DNA from: Felis catus
Lineage: Eukaryota
Direction of reading: 5' to 3'
DNA: 64,000 bases
Assembly: GCF_018350175.1 (NCBI RefSeq)
Contig: NC_058368.1
Span: 1,612,001 to 1,676,000 of the forward strand
Below are positions 37,177-50,230 of the stretch, piece by piece. The notes below the pieces were generated by a model that saw nothing but the letters and a program-made list of their open reading frames with translations, did not search any database and was not told where the DNA came from. The stretch's first letter is position 1. The number at the start of each line of letters is the position of its first letter. A program made the position numbers and the translations under genes.

Positions 37177-37953
37177 GTAGGTTTTCTTAAGCTAAAAATA
37201 TTAAGGTGCTTTTTCTCATCCATAAGTTGACTTTAGGCACTTCTAAATAATTTTGGCTATCTTTTCAGTCCATGACCCAGGTATGTTTTCCATTTAGGAT
37301 AGTTACAAACATTGTGAAAGTCTAATTTGATTAATAGCTTTTACTATTCTAGTCATTCTGATTGTAAATTTATCAGAAAATATTTTCTTATCATTTCTTA
37401 TTTGTAAACCTTATGTTTATTGATTGACTTCCTTTCATTTTCTGTGTAATATTACCAAGTCTCGTGTATTCCATTCATATTTTATGTGGAGTTAAGTGTT
37501 ATATAAATGTAATGATGTTTATAATTTTTTTAAACCTACCAATTCATACATGAAAAACATAAAGTTTGAAAAAAACTTCAGAAGCATATATTTGGGTCTT
37601 TTATTTGAGATCTTCAGAGGAAAGATGGTATATAAAAATCCATAAAGGAAAATTTTTAGGTCTTGCCCAAATATGGATGTTAGCATACATGCAATAAAAG
37701 GGGAATGGGAGAAAAATGGAAGAATGAGGTGGAATAGCATTTCCTAGTCCTTATTATAATATTTCTTCGGGGTCAGAAAAATGGTTTTAGTACCTAGCTA
37801 GAGGTCCAGGAAACTTGACTTTATACTGTTCCTTTAGATGAATAAGGAAAGCAGTCACACACATAATGTGTGTGTCAAATGAAACATGCTCTTATTAATC
37901 AGCCTAAGCATGTATTACTCATAAATTTGATTTTTTTTGGTGGTGTTTTAGAA

Positions 37954-38100
37954 CAGGAGACTGCAAACCTTTTCCGTGAAGAGCCAGGCAATTTAGGCTT
38001 TGCGGGTCAGATAGTCCCTATTGCAGTTACCAGCCTCTGTGTTTGTAGTGCGGAAGCCGCCTAGACAGTGTGCAGACCAGTGGGGTGTAGCTGTATTTCA
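37954..38100. mobile_element. MER58A-like MITE fragment
   Basis: GCAAACCTTTTCCGTGAAGAGCCAG...TTTAGGCTTTGCGGG...GTAGTGCGGAAGCCGCC. Confidence 0.7.
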
Positions 38101-38305
38101 GGCTGAGGGTTGTGCTTCACGGAAGCTTGTTTTAGACTTTTATTGTTTAATCTTGTATCTTCAGGTTATAAATGGAAAAAATTAAGTTTACTTGCCAATA
38201 GAATGAGGAAAAAAAGTTATGAAGGAAACTTTTATAACTTGGTTTTTATTAAATTAAATGTAGATATTTTTTGGAACCATTTTAATTTAGTTTTCTGTTT
38301 ACTAG

Positions 38306-38359
38306 TCCAAGACATCCCTGGCATCATCGATGGGAAGACCAATGACAGGGGCTATTCAG
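38306..38359 (+). CDS. IFT88: IFT88 coding exon 4: SKTSLASSMGRPMTGAIQ
   Basis: gtttactag|TCC...CAG|gtatct; 54 nt, phase 0-0. Confidence 0.95.
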
Positions 38360-38994
38360 GTATCTCTGTCATGTGCTTGTTCATTTTGGGCCTCTCTTGT
38401 GACTTAGAATATTCTTACCAACTTTTTTTATTGCATTATTTTAAAATGTTAAAGAAAGTGTTTCTTACATAATAACCCGGATTCTTTAAATTATGGGCTA
38501 AAGGTTGGCCTGTTCAAAATCTTTGGAGGTAAAATCTCTTTGGCTTTACTCAGGTCTCAAATGAAATCCCACTGGGGAGTGGACATAGGACTGATAATTG
38601 GCTTGTGTGGTAACTCTGGGTCCCATTTTTCCTATGCTATCACTTACAACAATTCCTGAAATTTCTCTCATAGGCTTATAGGAGGCCAACAAAAGTAGAG
38701 GAGTAGCCAGCTGATAACCTGTATAACTTACATGAGATCCTACATAAAAATCCATGAGTATTTCTTTTCAAACTAGGAGTAAGCCCAGTTAAAGCAAGGA
38801 ATTGAAATGTTGTGGAGGAAAGGCAAAATAGAGACAGGACTGACATGGATAGGCAGAGGTGAGGAATAAGCAGGTAGTCATGAAGAAATCTGTTAAAAAT
38901 TAAGACTACTTTAATGTATGTGCTTGTGCAGAACTACAAATAAGAGGTAAATCTTATTTAAGAATACTTTTTAAATGACTGTTTTTCTTTCAAG

Positions 38995-39058
38995 GATGGA
39001 GTTACTAGACCAATGACAGCAGTGAGAGCAGCTGGTTTTACCAAAGCAGCTGTAAGAG
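38995..39058 (+). CDS. IFT88: IFT88 coding exon 5: DGVTRPMTAVRAAGFTKAAVR(G)
   Basis: tctttcaag|GAT...AGAG|gtttgt; 64 nt, phase 0-1. Confidence 0.95.
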
Positions 39059-39797
39059 GTTTGTTATATTATCTCTTCTAATCATTTTTTTCAGGTATTT
39101 TCACTTTGTTATTTTCTGTGTGTAAATGTTATTACCGTTTTAAAGGAAACCTGACATACCGTTGATTGTAAGGTGTGTCATTCTTTAGGTACCATTAAGA
39201 AAGGAAAGGGGTAATGAAAATGTTCTGCATCTTAATTGGAAGAGTGGTTATACTGGCATGGGATTTGTCAAAATGTACTGAATTGTACATTAAAATATGT
39301 GCATTTTTTTAAAAACTAAAAAGTGTATAAGTTATTTTATATAAGTTAGAGCTCAGTTAAAAAATTGTAGGTGAAAACAGTGCTTAAAGATGTAAGTTAA
39401 GTCATAATTTTAAAATGAAATTATTATGAAAAAATTAATGTATAGTATACCAACAAAGAAAATTAAGAACCCAATAGCAAGTCATTACTCACATGATTGA
39501 TAATTTAGAGCTCACAAGAGGATAGATTACTGTAGGGGAGAAGTGAACACTGACAAGAGTTCGCTCATTTTTGTTTTCACATTTTATTCACATAGTTTTA
39601 TGTATATAAAAAATCTCGCCAATTTCTTGATACATAAAATACTTACATAGGCATAATAAAATGTCCTGGCCATTTAATAAATAGGTAACTTAAAGCATTT
39701 AATAAATAGGTAGATTAAATAACTTGTGCAAGTTTTTATGTTTTCTTCAATTATGCTGTGTCACAAGTTCACTATGAACTCTTGAATTGTGTCTCAG

Positions 39798-39867
39798 GCT
39801 CTGCATTTGACCCCCTTGGTCAGTCAAGGGGCCCTGCTCCTCCTTTGGAAGCCAAAAATGAAGATAG
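39798..39867 (+). CDS. IFT88: IFT88 coding exon 6: (G)SAFDPLGQSRGPAPPLEAKNED(S)
   Basis: gtctcag|GC...AG|gtatgt; 70 nt, phase 1-2. Confidence 0.95.
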
Positions 39868-40959
39868 GTATGTAAATCGTTATGCTGTTGTTTTGTTGTT
39901 GCTGCATATTTTTAATTTTTATTTTCCAAATACATAATTCTCAGTTATTTTAAAAGTTCTTGTCAGAAGCGCCCCTATGTTTATGGCAGCATTGTTTTTA
40001 ACAACCAAGATATGGAAGCAGCCCATAATCGTAGCTCTTAAACTCCGTATTTGGGCTGTTGAATAAATTACACAATTTCTCTTTTTCACTAACAAGGAGC
40101 CTCTACAGAAAATATGTTCACTTTATATCCTAGTTAATAACAACATGTTTGCTAATAAAAGTATGTTAGTTTATTTAAATTGCAGGTCATTTAGGATCCT
40201 TTCAGCTGCCAACAACAGAATACGTATCAGAAAAATACACACACAATAAGAACGTTTAGTGTGTAATAGGAAGTCTGGAGGAAGGGCATTTCTAGGTATG
40301 GTTAATTTCACTGCTCAGTAACATCACACCTGGTTCAGCTTCTGTGTGATTCCCTTGGCCGTTTTCAAGAGCTTGCCCATCCTATCATGCCTCAAGAGCC
40401 CCGAGAGTTCAAAATCTACATGTAGTTAATAATGCCTAGAGTCAGAAAGTTCCCAGTCTTGGATCCCTTTTAAAAAGCAAAGAAAATCTTCCCGGGAGTC
40501 CCCGACCCCAAGTAAACCTGTCCTCATTTCTCACTGGTCAGAATGCATCACGTGCACATGACTGAACCAAACATTTGGTAAGAGAATGAGCCTCTTGTTG
40601 ACTAGCTGAGATCCTGTATGCAAGGAGGAAGGCTGGTGGTAGGTTCTGGTGTGAGTAGGTATCTAGCAGTGTGCACGTAGAGTTCATTTTCCTGGCATTT
40701 AATAGGACAGGGTAGTTACTTTTAGTGTCTTCATACAGTTCTCTTACAGGTTTTTCACTTTAAATTTTTATTTTCACATTTTAGGCTAATAATCTGTAAG
40801 CAACATTTATTAGACATTTATTAAGAGTGTTTCAGAATAGATAACAGAGTTCTGTACTTCGTTGTAACCTTTATAAAACCACATCTCTTATGCTCATTGC
40901 TCCAAATTTTGTAGATTTTTAGTAAACTAATAAAATTTGTATCCTACCTGACTAAATTT

Positions 40960-41165
40960 ATTTTTAATTTTTTAATGTTCGTGTATTCTTGAGAGAGACA
41001 GAGACAGAGCGTGAGGGAAGAGGCAGAGTGAGAGAGACACACAGAATCTGAAGCAGGCACAGGCTCTGAGCTGTCAGCACAGAGCCTGACGTGTTGTTCA
41101 AACTCACAAATTGTGAGATCATGACCTGAGTCAGACACTTAAGCAAGTGAGCCACCCAGGCGCCC
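40960..41165 (-). mobile_element. Can-SINE
   Basis: TSD TACCTGACT(A/G)AATTTAT. Confidence 0.9.
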
Positions 41166-41639
41166 TTACCTGACTGAATTTATAGTCAGATTCCACCAAA
41201 GAATATGCTTCTATAGACAAAGCTATACTATTAAACTTATTCCTGTATTTTTTTTAAAGTCCATTTGTAGAGAATTAAGTGAACTACCGTGTATTTGGAA
41301 ATATTCATAGTAAAATTTTATTTAGGTACTAATGTGCTTTCAGAGTATTGTGATATTTTGCTGGATGACAGTGGTAGCAAAATGACATTAGTGTTATTTT
41401 TGAAATTATTTGGGAGTACTGTGTTTGCTATAGTGGAGTCAGGATTTTTAAACTTCTTCCCATTGTTGGAAATATTCTCTAGAATTCCTATCTGGTAGTA
41501 GTCAATAATCATCATGATCATCATCTCTTTTATGGGGGCTTCAGTTTTCCTCACCTTAAGATAAAGTTTTCATTTGTCATAGGATCTGAAGAAAGGATCC
41601 ACTTTCTTTTAGGGATGATACTGTAATCTCATGGGTCTT

Positions 41640-41850
41640 TGAATGACCTTATTTGGGTTTAAATCCTAGCTCTGTAAACTAGCTGTGTGATTTTGGACAT
41701 AATACTTAACTTTCTAAACCTCAGTTTCCTTCTCAGTAAAATGAGAATAATGATAGTATTTATATCAAATGTTATTGTGAGGATTAAATGACATAATTAG
41801 GGAAGAGCATCTGGTTTAGTGTTAAATTACTAATTACTGTGCTCAGTGTG
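41640..41850 (+). mobile_element. MIR fragment
   Basis: MIR core CTGTGTGATTTTGGAC...CCTCAGTTTCCT...GTAAAATGAGAATAAT...GTGAGGATTAAATGA. Confidence 0.75.
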
Positions 41851-42059
41851 TATTTTTATTAACTAAAATATGTTATTTTTGCTGTTATCATTATATAATT
41901 ACTAAAAACTGTTCATTTGCTTTTTAACACTATTTATACATTTATCTTATCTGTGACCTATTCTTATAAAAGCGCAAAATGGACAATAAGTACATTAAAT
42001 TTTAGTTTATATTATTAGTGCTTGAATGAATCAAAGTATACCTGCTTTTTCTTTAATAG

Positions 42060-42150
42060 TCCAGAAGAAAAGATTAGACAATTAGAGAAGAAAGTAAATG
42101 AATTGGTAGAAGAAAGCTGTATTGCTAACAGTTGTGGAGACTTAAAATTG
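42060..42150 (+). CDS. IFT88: IFT88 coding exon 7: (S)PEEKIRQLEKKVNELVEESCIANSCGDLKL
   Basis: ctttaatag|T...TTG|gtaagt; 91 nt, phase 2-0. Confidence 0.96.
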
Positions 42151-42241
42151 GTAAGTTCATAAACTCCTAGGACTCGAGATGATGAAGTGTGCGTATGTAT
42201 GTGTGTGTACTTTTATATATGCACAAATACAAGCACATGTA

Positions 42242-42711
42242 CAGGTTTCCCCCACTATCCGAAAGTAGAGCGAAACCTTTCATAAGTCGAAATGGCATCA
42301 AGGAAGCGATTGCCATTAATTTACACTGAAAATGGTTTGAGCTTTCCCAGGCCCCAAAACTAACCTCTCTTAGGCTTTTCTGATACCTGAGGACACATCT
42401 TGCCAACCGATGCACAGACTAAATCAAGGTCAAACACAGATGCTCACAGACAGGTCAGAGCTCTGGTGGCTTGATGCTGAGATGCCCAGGGTAGCTTCCT
42501 GAAGGGAGCGTGGGGGGGCTACTCTCGCTGCTGGGGGTCTGTATTGCCTCTGAAGGGTTTGATGCAAAACGGATGTTGCTTCACTTCTTTTTTTCGTAAA
42601 AGCCAAAAGCCTCTTCAGGTTTCTTTTAGTTAGCGAAAACAGGTACTAATGTAGGTCTTTCGTTAAAGCAGAATGGCGTCCTGCAACCTTTTGAAAAGCG
42701 GGGGATACCCG
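42242..42711. mobile_element. TcMar/Tigger-like MITE
   Basis: TA|CAGGTTTCCCCCACTATCCGAAAG versus the reverse complement of the right end CGGGTATCCCCCGCTTTTCAAAAG (18/24 identity). Confidence 0.7.
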
Positions 42712-43748
42712 AACAGATAAACATGTTTGTCTTGCTGTTGACTGGCTTAGAGTTTTTACTGAAGCAGTTATTTTGAAAACGTAGGCAACTGCTTCATACA
42801 TAAGCTCTGATGTCAGAAATAGTTGATCGATTTTGTAATTTGTGATATTGGTCATTTCAATAGGAAACCAAATTCTAATGGATCAATTGATTGAAATTGG
42901 CAGCCTGATGGACTGTTGGATTAGACTCAGCCTCTCGAAAGGCGTAGCTATCACGGTCCACATGCAGTACTGAGGGCTGTTTTCTTATTTAAAGCCTCAC
43001 TACCCTAAAATATTTTTTCCTATGTAAACTGCTACAAAATCATAGTTTGCTTTGCAGAATTCTAACTCTGTTTTTTTGTGTTTTTTTTAAATTAAATACT
43101 TGCTCTTAATTTGCTTTGTTCTCATTACTTTGATTGTCATACTATATAAATGTAATTTCTGTGACTTAGTTATTAGATTAATGAATACCATTAGAAAGAA
43201 TTATTCATATAAAAGCTGTTTTTATTGCTCATAGAACCGGTACTTTTTTATCTAGCTCTAAAATAAAATCCCACGGTGAGTTAATCTGTCTGTGGTTGTC
43301 TCTAGGGGAAATTAACAAAAGGTTCTTAGCATTCTGAGCAGGATATAAAAGCCAGACTAAGCATCTGTTGTAATATTGAGTAGCATTCATTCTGTTGCAT
43401 GAGATGGAATTAAAATACCCAAAGTTTCAGGATTGGGAGGGAAAAGGAAGGAAAGAGGTTGTCAAATCTAAATGGTGGTGGAAGGGATGGTGATAAAGAA
43501 ACTTGACTTGGGGCTAATAAACTCTCCATTTTATCTGTCACATACTTCTTTTGAGGGCAGAAGGGAAGATACATGACATTTTTATTAGGGTGAGCTCCAC
43601 TTTAAACAAATACTCTGGGTTCTTTTGTTTTCAAAAGAGTACAGCAGGGCCTCCTGGGAATCCCAGTTTTGTGCAGATACCTCCCAAATGCATAAAATAC
43701 TCATAATGAATGCTTAAAGGAATTGACAAAGTATCAACTTGATTTCAG

Positions 43749-43853
43749 GCCTTAGAAAAGGCAAAAGATGCAGGAAGAAAGGAGAGAATCTTGGTGAGAC
43801 AACGAGAACAAGTTACAACTCCAGAAAATATCAATTTGGATTTAACTTACTCA
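43749..43853 (+). CDS. IFT88: IFT88 coding exon 8: ALEKAKDAGRKERILVRQREQVTTPENINLDLTYS
   Basis: gatttcag|GCC...TCA|gtaagt; 105 nt, phase 0-0. Confidence 0.96.
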
Positions 43854-44299
43854 GTAAGTATGAGAAATACCTATTGAGTGAAATTATTTTGGCTAGGATT
43901 TGTAGATTCCAAAAGTCTTTTTCCTTTTGTCTTTAGGTTTTTTTTTTTCCCCTGTGTTTTAAATCTTATTGGACCTCAGGTGCCCAGAGTTATATTAATA
44001 ATAATCTTTATAAAGTTCATGAGGCACTCTTACTCTTGTCTTAGGTTTGTGCAAAGATCTTTTTTTTATTTATTTAGTTAATTAGTTGTTTTTAGTAACT
44101 TAGTACCCACAGGCTTACCACCCAATGACTCTGGAAGATTGCTAATATTTATGCTCTGTATTTTGTGTGGTTATTTTAATGAGATTTTAATGTGGACTTT
44201 TGGTCTATGATTCTTAAGAACTTCCAACTAGGCAAATAATACAATGTTCTGTGAGGGTAGTGAAAAACAACAAAAACTTAATTTCTTACAAGATTAAAA

Positions 44300-44538
44300 A
44301 AAATTTTTTTTAATGTTATTTTTTGAGAGAGAGCGCGAGAGAGAGAGAGAGAGAGAGAGAATGTGAATGGGGGAGGGGCAGAGAGCGAGAGAGAGAGAGG
44401 GAGACACAGAATCTGAAGCAAGCTCCAGACTCTGGGCTGTCAGCACAGAGCCTGATGCGGGGCTCGAACCCACGAACCGTGAGATCATGACCTGAGCCAA
44501 AGTCAGATGCTTAACTGACTGAGCCACCCAGGTGCCCC
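44300..44538 (-). mobile_element. Can-SINE
   Basis: Reverse head, (GA)n tract, T-tail. Confidence 0.9.
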
Positions 44539-45245
44539 AAGATTGTTTTAATTCTTAAAAGACTTCCTTGATGTTTATACCACTATTTTAAAAGGGTGTA
44601 TTTTTAGTGGGAAAAATGTTCATTTGCCAAACATATGAAAAAAAAGGACATTTGAAACTGAATAAGAATTTTTAGATGTTCGTTCTTGATAGCCAATATT
44701 TTTAAATTTCATGAAATCTTTGATGGGGGAGTAATTTCTAGTGATTTTTTTTACCTGTGGGAAAATAATTTTGTATAACTTAGTGACTTAAATTATAATT
44801 TTGCATACAGAGAAATACTTTTTACAGTTTTGCGTATAAAGAAGTGCACAAACGAAGGTTTAAGATATTTCCACATAATGTTTAATTTTTATTTACGAAG
44901 AAAATTTGGCTCAATACCTTGCTTATTCCCTTTATTACCAGCAACATTAACAATACATGTTTATTCTTTGTAGGTCTTCCTGAGATTAATGGATGGCAAA
45001 TACTACCTAAATTAGAATACTTAGAAAATTAAGGTGCAGTTTGGAGGACAGTTATGCTTATCTTAATGTTCTCGTTCATTTGGAATGCAAGATATTTCTC
45101 TGTATGCTTTACTTCCTCACTAGTGGAGTATCTTGATATAGGCATCTAGTTTTGTTAGGTATAGGATGTTAATCTCTTAAAAGATTATAGGCAAAAGGGC
45201 CTAAAATGGTCATTATGTGTCTTTTTGCCTTGTTTTTTTCCTTAG

Positions 45246-45348
45246 GTTCTTTTCAACTTGGCCAGTCAATATTCAGCGAATGAAATGTATGCTGAAGCAC
45301 TAAATACATACCAAGTTATAGTGAAAAATAAGATGTTTAGCAATGCAG
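45246..45348 (+). CDS. IFT88: IFT88 coding exon 9 (TPR region): VLFNLASQYSANEMYAEALNTYQVIVKNKMFSNA(G)
   Basis: ttttccttag|GTT...GCAG|gtgggt; 103 nt, phase 0-1. Confidence 0.96.
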
Positions 45349-46181
45349 GTGGGTGTGTATAGTCAGTTTGCCCAATAAATATAGTTCTTTTTCTTTGAGT
45401 TTGTCGAAGTAATTTCTGCACCCAACATGGGGCTCAAACTCACAACCTCGAGATCAAAAGTCATGTGCTGCACTGACTGAGCCAGTCAGGCACCCCAAAT
45501 ACAGTTTTTTTGTAGTGTTAATTTACATTTCCCCACTTTATGTTTCCTTATATAATCTATGCTCTAAACAAATATGTTTTTATAAAGAAGTGTCCTACTT
45601 AAAGATACTACTTACATGAAAATCTACAGAATCTACATAAATACAAATGAAGAAATACGGTTGGTATAAGATAGATTGCCTAATAGTAAACAAGAAATAT
45701 ATTCTGTCATCACAGGTAGAATGAGCCAGGGCAATCCCATCAAACATGCTTTCACTTATAAATTTATCCCCAAGAGACTATAGTTTAGTAGCATATATGT
45801 GTAATTTTTTGGTAGTTGTATTAAAGTTATCAGAATATCAGAATATCGTTTTCTTTAATATATTAAAATGTGTGTGGCATTAGTGAGTTTAATTTTAAAA
45901 TCCCACTTTTTACAAAATAACACAATTCCAGTTTTACAATGTAAATCACTTGTTCTCCAGCCATATTTTCAGGGCTCCATCTGTCTTAAGTTCCATTTCC
46001 TCACAGAAGATTGGTGTGTAGGTATACGAAAATAGTGTAACTATTTTAAAGTGAGAATTTTAGGTAGTGTCTGAAGCTTCACAACTTGAGAAAAACTTCA
46101 AAGAACATGAATTAAGGTCATCTTAAATAGAGAAAAAATTAAGAAAATAGAATATTACATATTCATTATTTTTTTAATTAG

Positions 46182-46296
46182 GAAGATTGAAAGTGAATAT
46201 GGGAAATATTTATTTAAAGCAAAGAAATTATTCCAAAGCCATTAAATTCTACCGAATGGCACTAGATCAAATTCCAAGCGTCCATAAAGAAATGAG
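46182..46296 (+). CDS. IFT88: IFT88 coding exon 10 (TPR): (G)RLKVNMGNIYLKQRNYSKAIKFYRMALDQIPSVHKEM(R)
   Basis: tttaattag|GA...AG|gtaagt; 115 nt, phase 1-2. Confidence 0.96.
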
Positions 46297-47344
46297 GTAA
46301 GTTTACATAGTGATGACTTGGTGAAATTTAAGTGTTATTTTCAGAAACAAGATAACTCTAATGACCTGTTGTCAGTGGGTTGAATATTTTGAGGTGTTTG
46401 TACATGTGAGGTGTTAGATTTATGTTGTATCTGTAGTATTTTGGTCTATTCCCCTTCTGACTATTTGTACACATTTGTGTAATGACAAGTTAAAGGTTAA
46501 AGATATAATATGTAATCAACTGAAATAAAACTGAGCTAATTGGCCTATATAGTGGGTAACCCAGCAGGCCATTAGCAGCAAATAAGTCACTGCCAACACA
46601 GAATCAAAACTCTGCTTTAGAATATAATAGACTTTAGAATGTTTTAATTTCTAAAAGGCTAGAAATTAAGACCACCATATATTCTTGCTGTAGATTGCAA
46701 ATGAAACAATGAAAGGAAGAGATTGCATTTGAATCTTAGAAGAGGGGATAGGAGGAGGAAGCTGAGATATATTCTATTCCTACCATATTTCAAGAGCAGA
46801 AACAGTAAATTACCTTATGGTCTGGTAATAACCTTGAGAACATAGAAGGTTTCCAGGATATTTACTGGTCATAATTGTCCCTAGGCGCTTAGTACAGTTC
46901 CTCTGTGAAAGTTAATTTATTTGTAAATGCCACCTTTAATGATTATTTGTTTCTGAACAGTACATCATTATCATTGGGAAATATCTAACTTCTAGGACAC
47001 AATGCCCGTAGGCACTTTTAACACAAGTGAGCCCAAGGCTTTGAGCATTGTAGGATAGCTTATGTCAAGTGCTTAATTATCAATAATCAAGAGGTGCTGT
47101 AGTAACTAAGTTAAGGAACTGATGGTAAGAACAAGAGCGCTCAAGAAAGGTGTACTTGTGACAGGTTATTTAAGTGAGGAAGAGAAAAAGGGTAATATTC
47201 CAGACAAAGGGAAAATCGAGAAGAGTCAAGGAAATAACAGTGTTCATGATCTGATCAGAATAAATGAATTTAGTTGAAACAGAGATATTATGTTGAGGAG
47301 TAGTTAGAAATAAGATGGGATTACATTCATAATCCCATCTACAT

Positions 47345-47990
47345 CCCTTTGAAGAGGATGTAGAGAAATTGGAAACCTCATACATCGGGGTATATAAAAT
47401 AGTACAGCCAGTTTGGAAAATAAGTATGGAATTTCTTAAAAAGTTGAACACAAATTTACCAGTGGACCAGTAATTCAACTTCCAGGTATATATCCAAGAG
47501 AAATGAAAACATGCTGTTACAAAGGATTGTATGTGAATGTTCATAGCATTATTCCTAATAGCCCAAAAGTGGAAACAGTCAAATGTCTGCCGAGTAGGCA
47601 ATGGGTATATAAAATGTGGTGTATTCATATTATGGAATACTATTTGCAAATATAAAAGGAATGGAGAACTGATAGATGCTAAGAATGGAGGAACCTTCAA
47701 AAGATTATGCTAATTAAAAGAAGCCAGGTATAAAATACTGTATATTATATGACCCCCATTTATACGCAATGTTTAGAAAAGGCAAATCCAGAGAGAGAGA
47801 AAGTAGGTTAATGATTGCCTAGGGCAGGAAGTGAGAATGGGAAGTGGCTGCTAATGAGCACAGATTCTCTTTTTAGGGTAATGGAGATAAGTTAATATTT
47901 TCACAGCTGTGTAGATATAGCAGCAATCACTGACTTGTATAGTTAAAACAAGTGAACTTAGGTAAGTTAAACTTCAGTAAAGCTTTAACA
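47345..47990 (+). mobile_element. Old L1M 3' fragment
   Basis: GAGGATGTAGAGAAATTGGAAACCTCATAC...GGCAAATCCAGAGAG...; 3' UTR motifs. Confidence 0.75.
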
Positions 47991-48096
47991 AAACAAAGCA
48001 AAAGTGGGAAAGAAAAGGATACTATCTGTGGAGTGTCTTGACTACTGTACTAAACACATTGGACTTTTAAACTCATCCATGTTTCTTTTTCTTTAG

Positions 48097-48328
48097 GATT
48101 AAAATCATGCAGAACATTGGTGTTACATTTATTAAAACTGGTCAATATTCAGATGCCATTAATTCATTTGAGCACATAATGAGTCTGGCACCAAATCTGA
48201 AGGCAGGCTTCAACCTGATTCTTAGTTACTTTGCTGTTGGAGATCGAGACAAAATGAAGAAGGCGTTCCAAAAATTGATTGCGGTTCCATTAGAAATTGA
48301 TGAAGATGATAAATATATCTCACCAAGT
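48097..48328 (+). CDS. IFT88: IFT88 coding exon 11 (TPR): (R)IKIMQNIGVTFIKTGQYSDAINSFEHIM...EIDEDDKYISPS
   Basis: ttctttag|G...AGT|gtgagt; 232 nt, phase 2-0. Overlaps ORF-track 48107..48355. Confidence 0.97.
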
Positions 48329-49615
48329 GTGAGTATGAAGATAACTGCTGTGTAGCTAGCTGTTAGTTGTCCGTGCTTTTCTGTTTCCAGAAATGAGAGT
48401 TAGATGGATGACTTTTTAGGTTTCTCCTAGCCCTATATTAATGTGTTTTAATTAATCAAATTTAATTAATGTGCTTTTACCAGTTTCATTTGTTACTTAA
48501 GTTAAATGGTTGAGAATGGGACTCTGTTGAAATAGGGCTAGAGATTACGGTTAAAACTGACTTTACAATTTTATTGAGAAAAGGGAAAATCTAACAAAAA
48601 TATGATTAGATGTCATTCCTTAAGTATAATATCTTGACCAAGGAACCCCTAAATCCTTGTTTTTTTTACTATTTTTTTCAGTCATTTATGAACAGAGGAA
48701 GCTCAAACTATACTAAATATGTCACAAATGAAAAGAAGTAGTTCCTTATCCTTATGCATAGGGTAGAGCATAATAAAAAAATCATATTTTCAAAGACCTG
48801 AGGAAATATTATATAATGTTAAGTGAAAAACCAAATGAAAAAAAAAGATATGCACACACCCATACATGAACACAAACTGAAAGGAAATACACCAAAATAG
48901 AAACAGTAGTTTCCAGGGAGTGAGATGATTTTTCTTAATGTTTTTAAAATATTTTCCAGAGTTTTACATATAAATTATTGGTATGCTGCCATATTATTTT
49001 CTATTAAACCAAACAGTATGAAATTGCCTATATTTATAGATCAAAAATAAGAGAATAATGCCAATTTCATAAATTGAATTAATAGATTGTAAGGGTATTA
49101 CCGCCTAGCTGTTGGCTGCACCATACAATACTTAACTCTTCTTATGCCTCAGTTCTTTATATACAATACAGGAATTTATAATAACCTACTTTATAGGGTT
49201 GTGAGGATTAAGTGAGATAATGCAAGTGAAATGCTTAAAACAGTACCTGGAACATAGCATGTGCTATGTAAACATTAATTATATATATTGTTTTTATTGA
49301 GAGGAAATTTATGTTGTGAAAAAATCTATTTTTAATAAAGAGTAGAGATATGGATTACTAAGTAATTTGATGATCATTAAATCATTTACATTTGAGTTTA
49401 GAATTTATAATACCACACAGCTTCTGTGTACTTGGTCCTGTTCTATCCGGCCTGACCTTTTATCAGCTGCTCAGAATCTGTTAGTTCAAGGAGAATGTGA
49501 TAGATAATCAGGAATAAGAAAAGTTCTACTTTACATAAGGGAAAACAGTTTAGAAAGATTAATTTACTCTACTAACTAACTTAGTGGTGTGGTTGATTAG
49601 AAATCCAAGCTCTTA

Positions 49616-50095
49616 GGGGCACCTGGGTGGCTCAGTCGGTTCGGCTCTTAGGGGCACCTGGGTGGCTCATGTCCGACTTCGGCTCGGGTCATGATCTCAC
49701 GGTTCGTGAGTTCAAGCCCCGCCTCGGGCTTGTGCTGATAGCTCGGAGCCTGGAGCCTGCTTCGGATTCTGTGTCTCCCTCTTTCTCTTGCCCCTTTCCC
49801 GCTCATGGTCTGTCTCTCTCTGTCTCTCAAAAATGAATACACATTAGGGGCACCTGGGTGGCGCAGTCGGTTAAGCATCCGACTTCAGCCAGGTCACGAT
49901 CTCGCGGTCCGGGAGTTCGAGCCCCGCGTCAGGCTCTGGGCTGATGGCTCTGAGCCTGGAGCCTGTTTCCGATTCTGTGTCTCCCTCTCTCTCTGCCCCT
50001 CCCCCGTTCAAGCTCTGTCTCTCTCTGTCTCAAAAATAAATAAACATTGAAAAAAAAAAATGAATACACATTAAAAAAAATAAAAAAAAAAAAAA
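49616..50095 (+). mobile_element. Compound Can-SINE: duplicated head plus a second young SINE (49847-~50055) in its tail
   Basis: Outer TSD AGAAATCCAAG(C/T)TCT, inner TSD AAAAATGAATACACATTA. Confidence 0.9.
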
Positions 50096-50159
50096 GAAAT
50101 CCAAGTTCTCAGTATTTGCTTCTGAATTAATCACTTTTTTCCCAATTTTATTTTCCCAG

Positions 50160-50230
50160 GATGATCCACATACTAACTTAGTAATTGAAGCTATAAAAAA
50201 TGATCATCTAAGGCAAATGGAACGTGAACG
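50160..50230 (+). CDS. IFT88: IFT88 coding exon 12: DDPHTNLVIEAIKNDHLRQMERE(R)
   Basis: ttttcccag|GAT...CG|gtaata; 71 nt, phase 0-2. Confidence 0.96.

Noticed and set aside
39670..39715. 17-bp direct repeat CATTTAATAAATAGGTA with a short spacer
   Set aside because: Only two AT-rich copies, consistent with a simple local duplication. Not an array and not CRISPR-like.
44974..45033. Possible 60-nt poison exon (TTCTTTGTAG acceptor, in-frame TAG)
   Set aside because: The donor AAG|GTGCAG is weak, and the sequence alone offers no further support.
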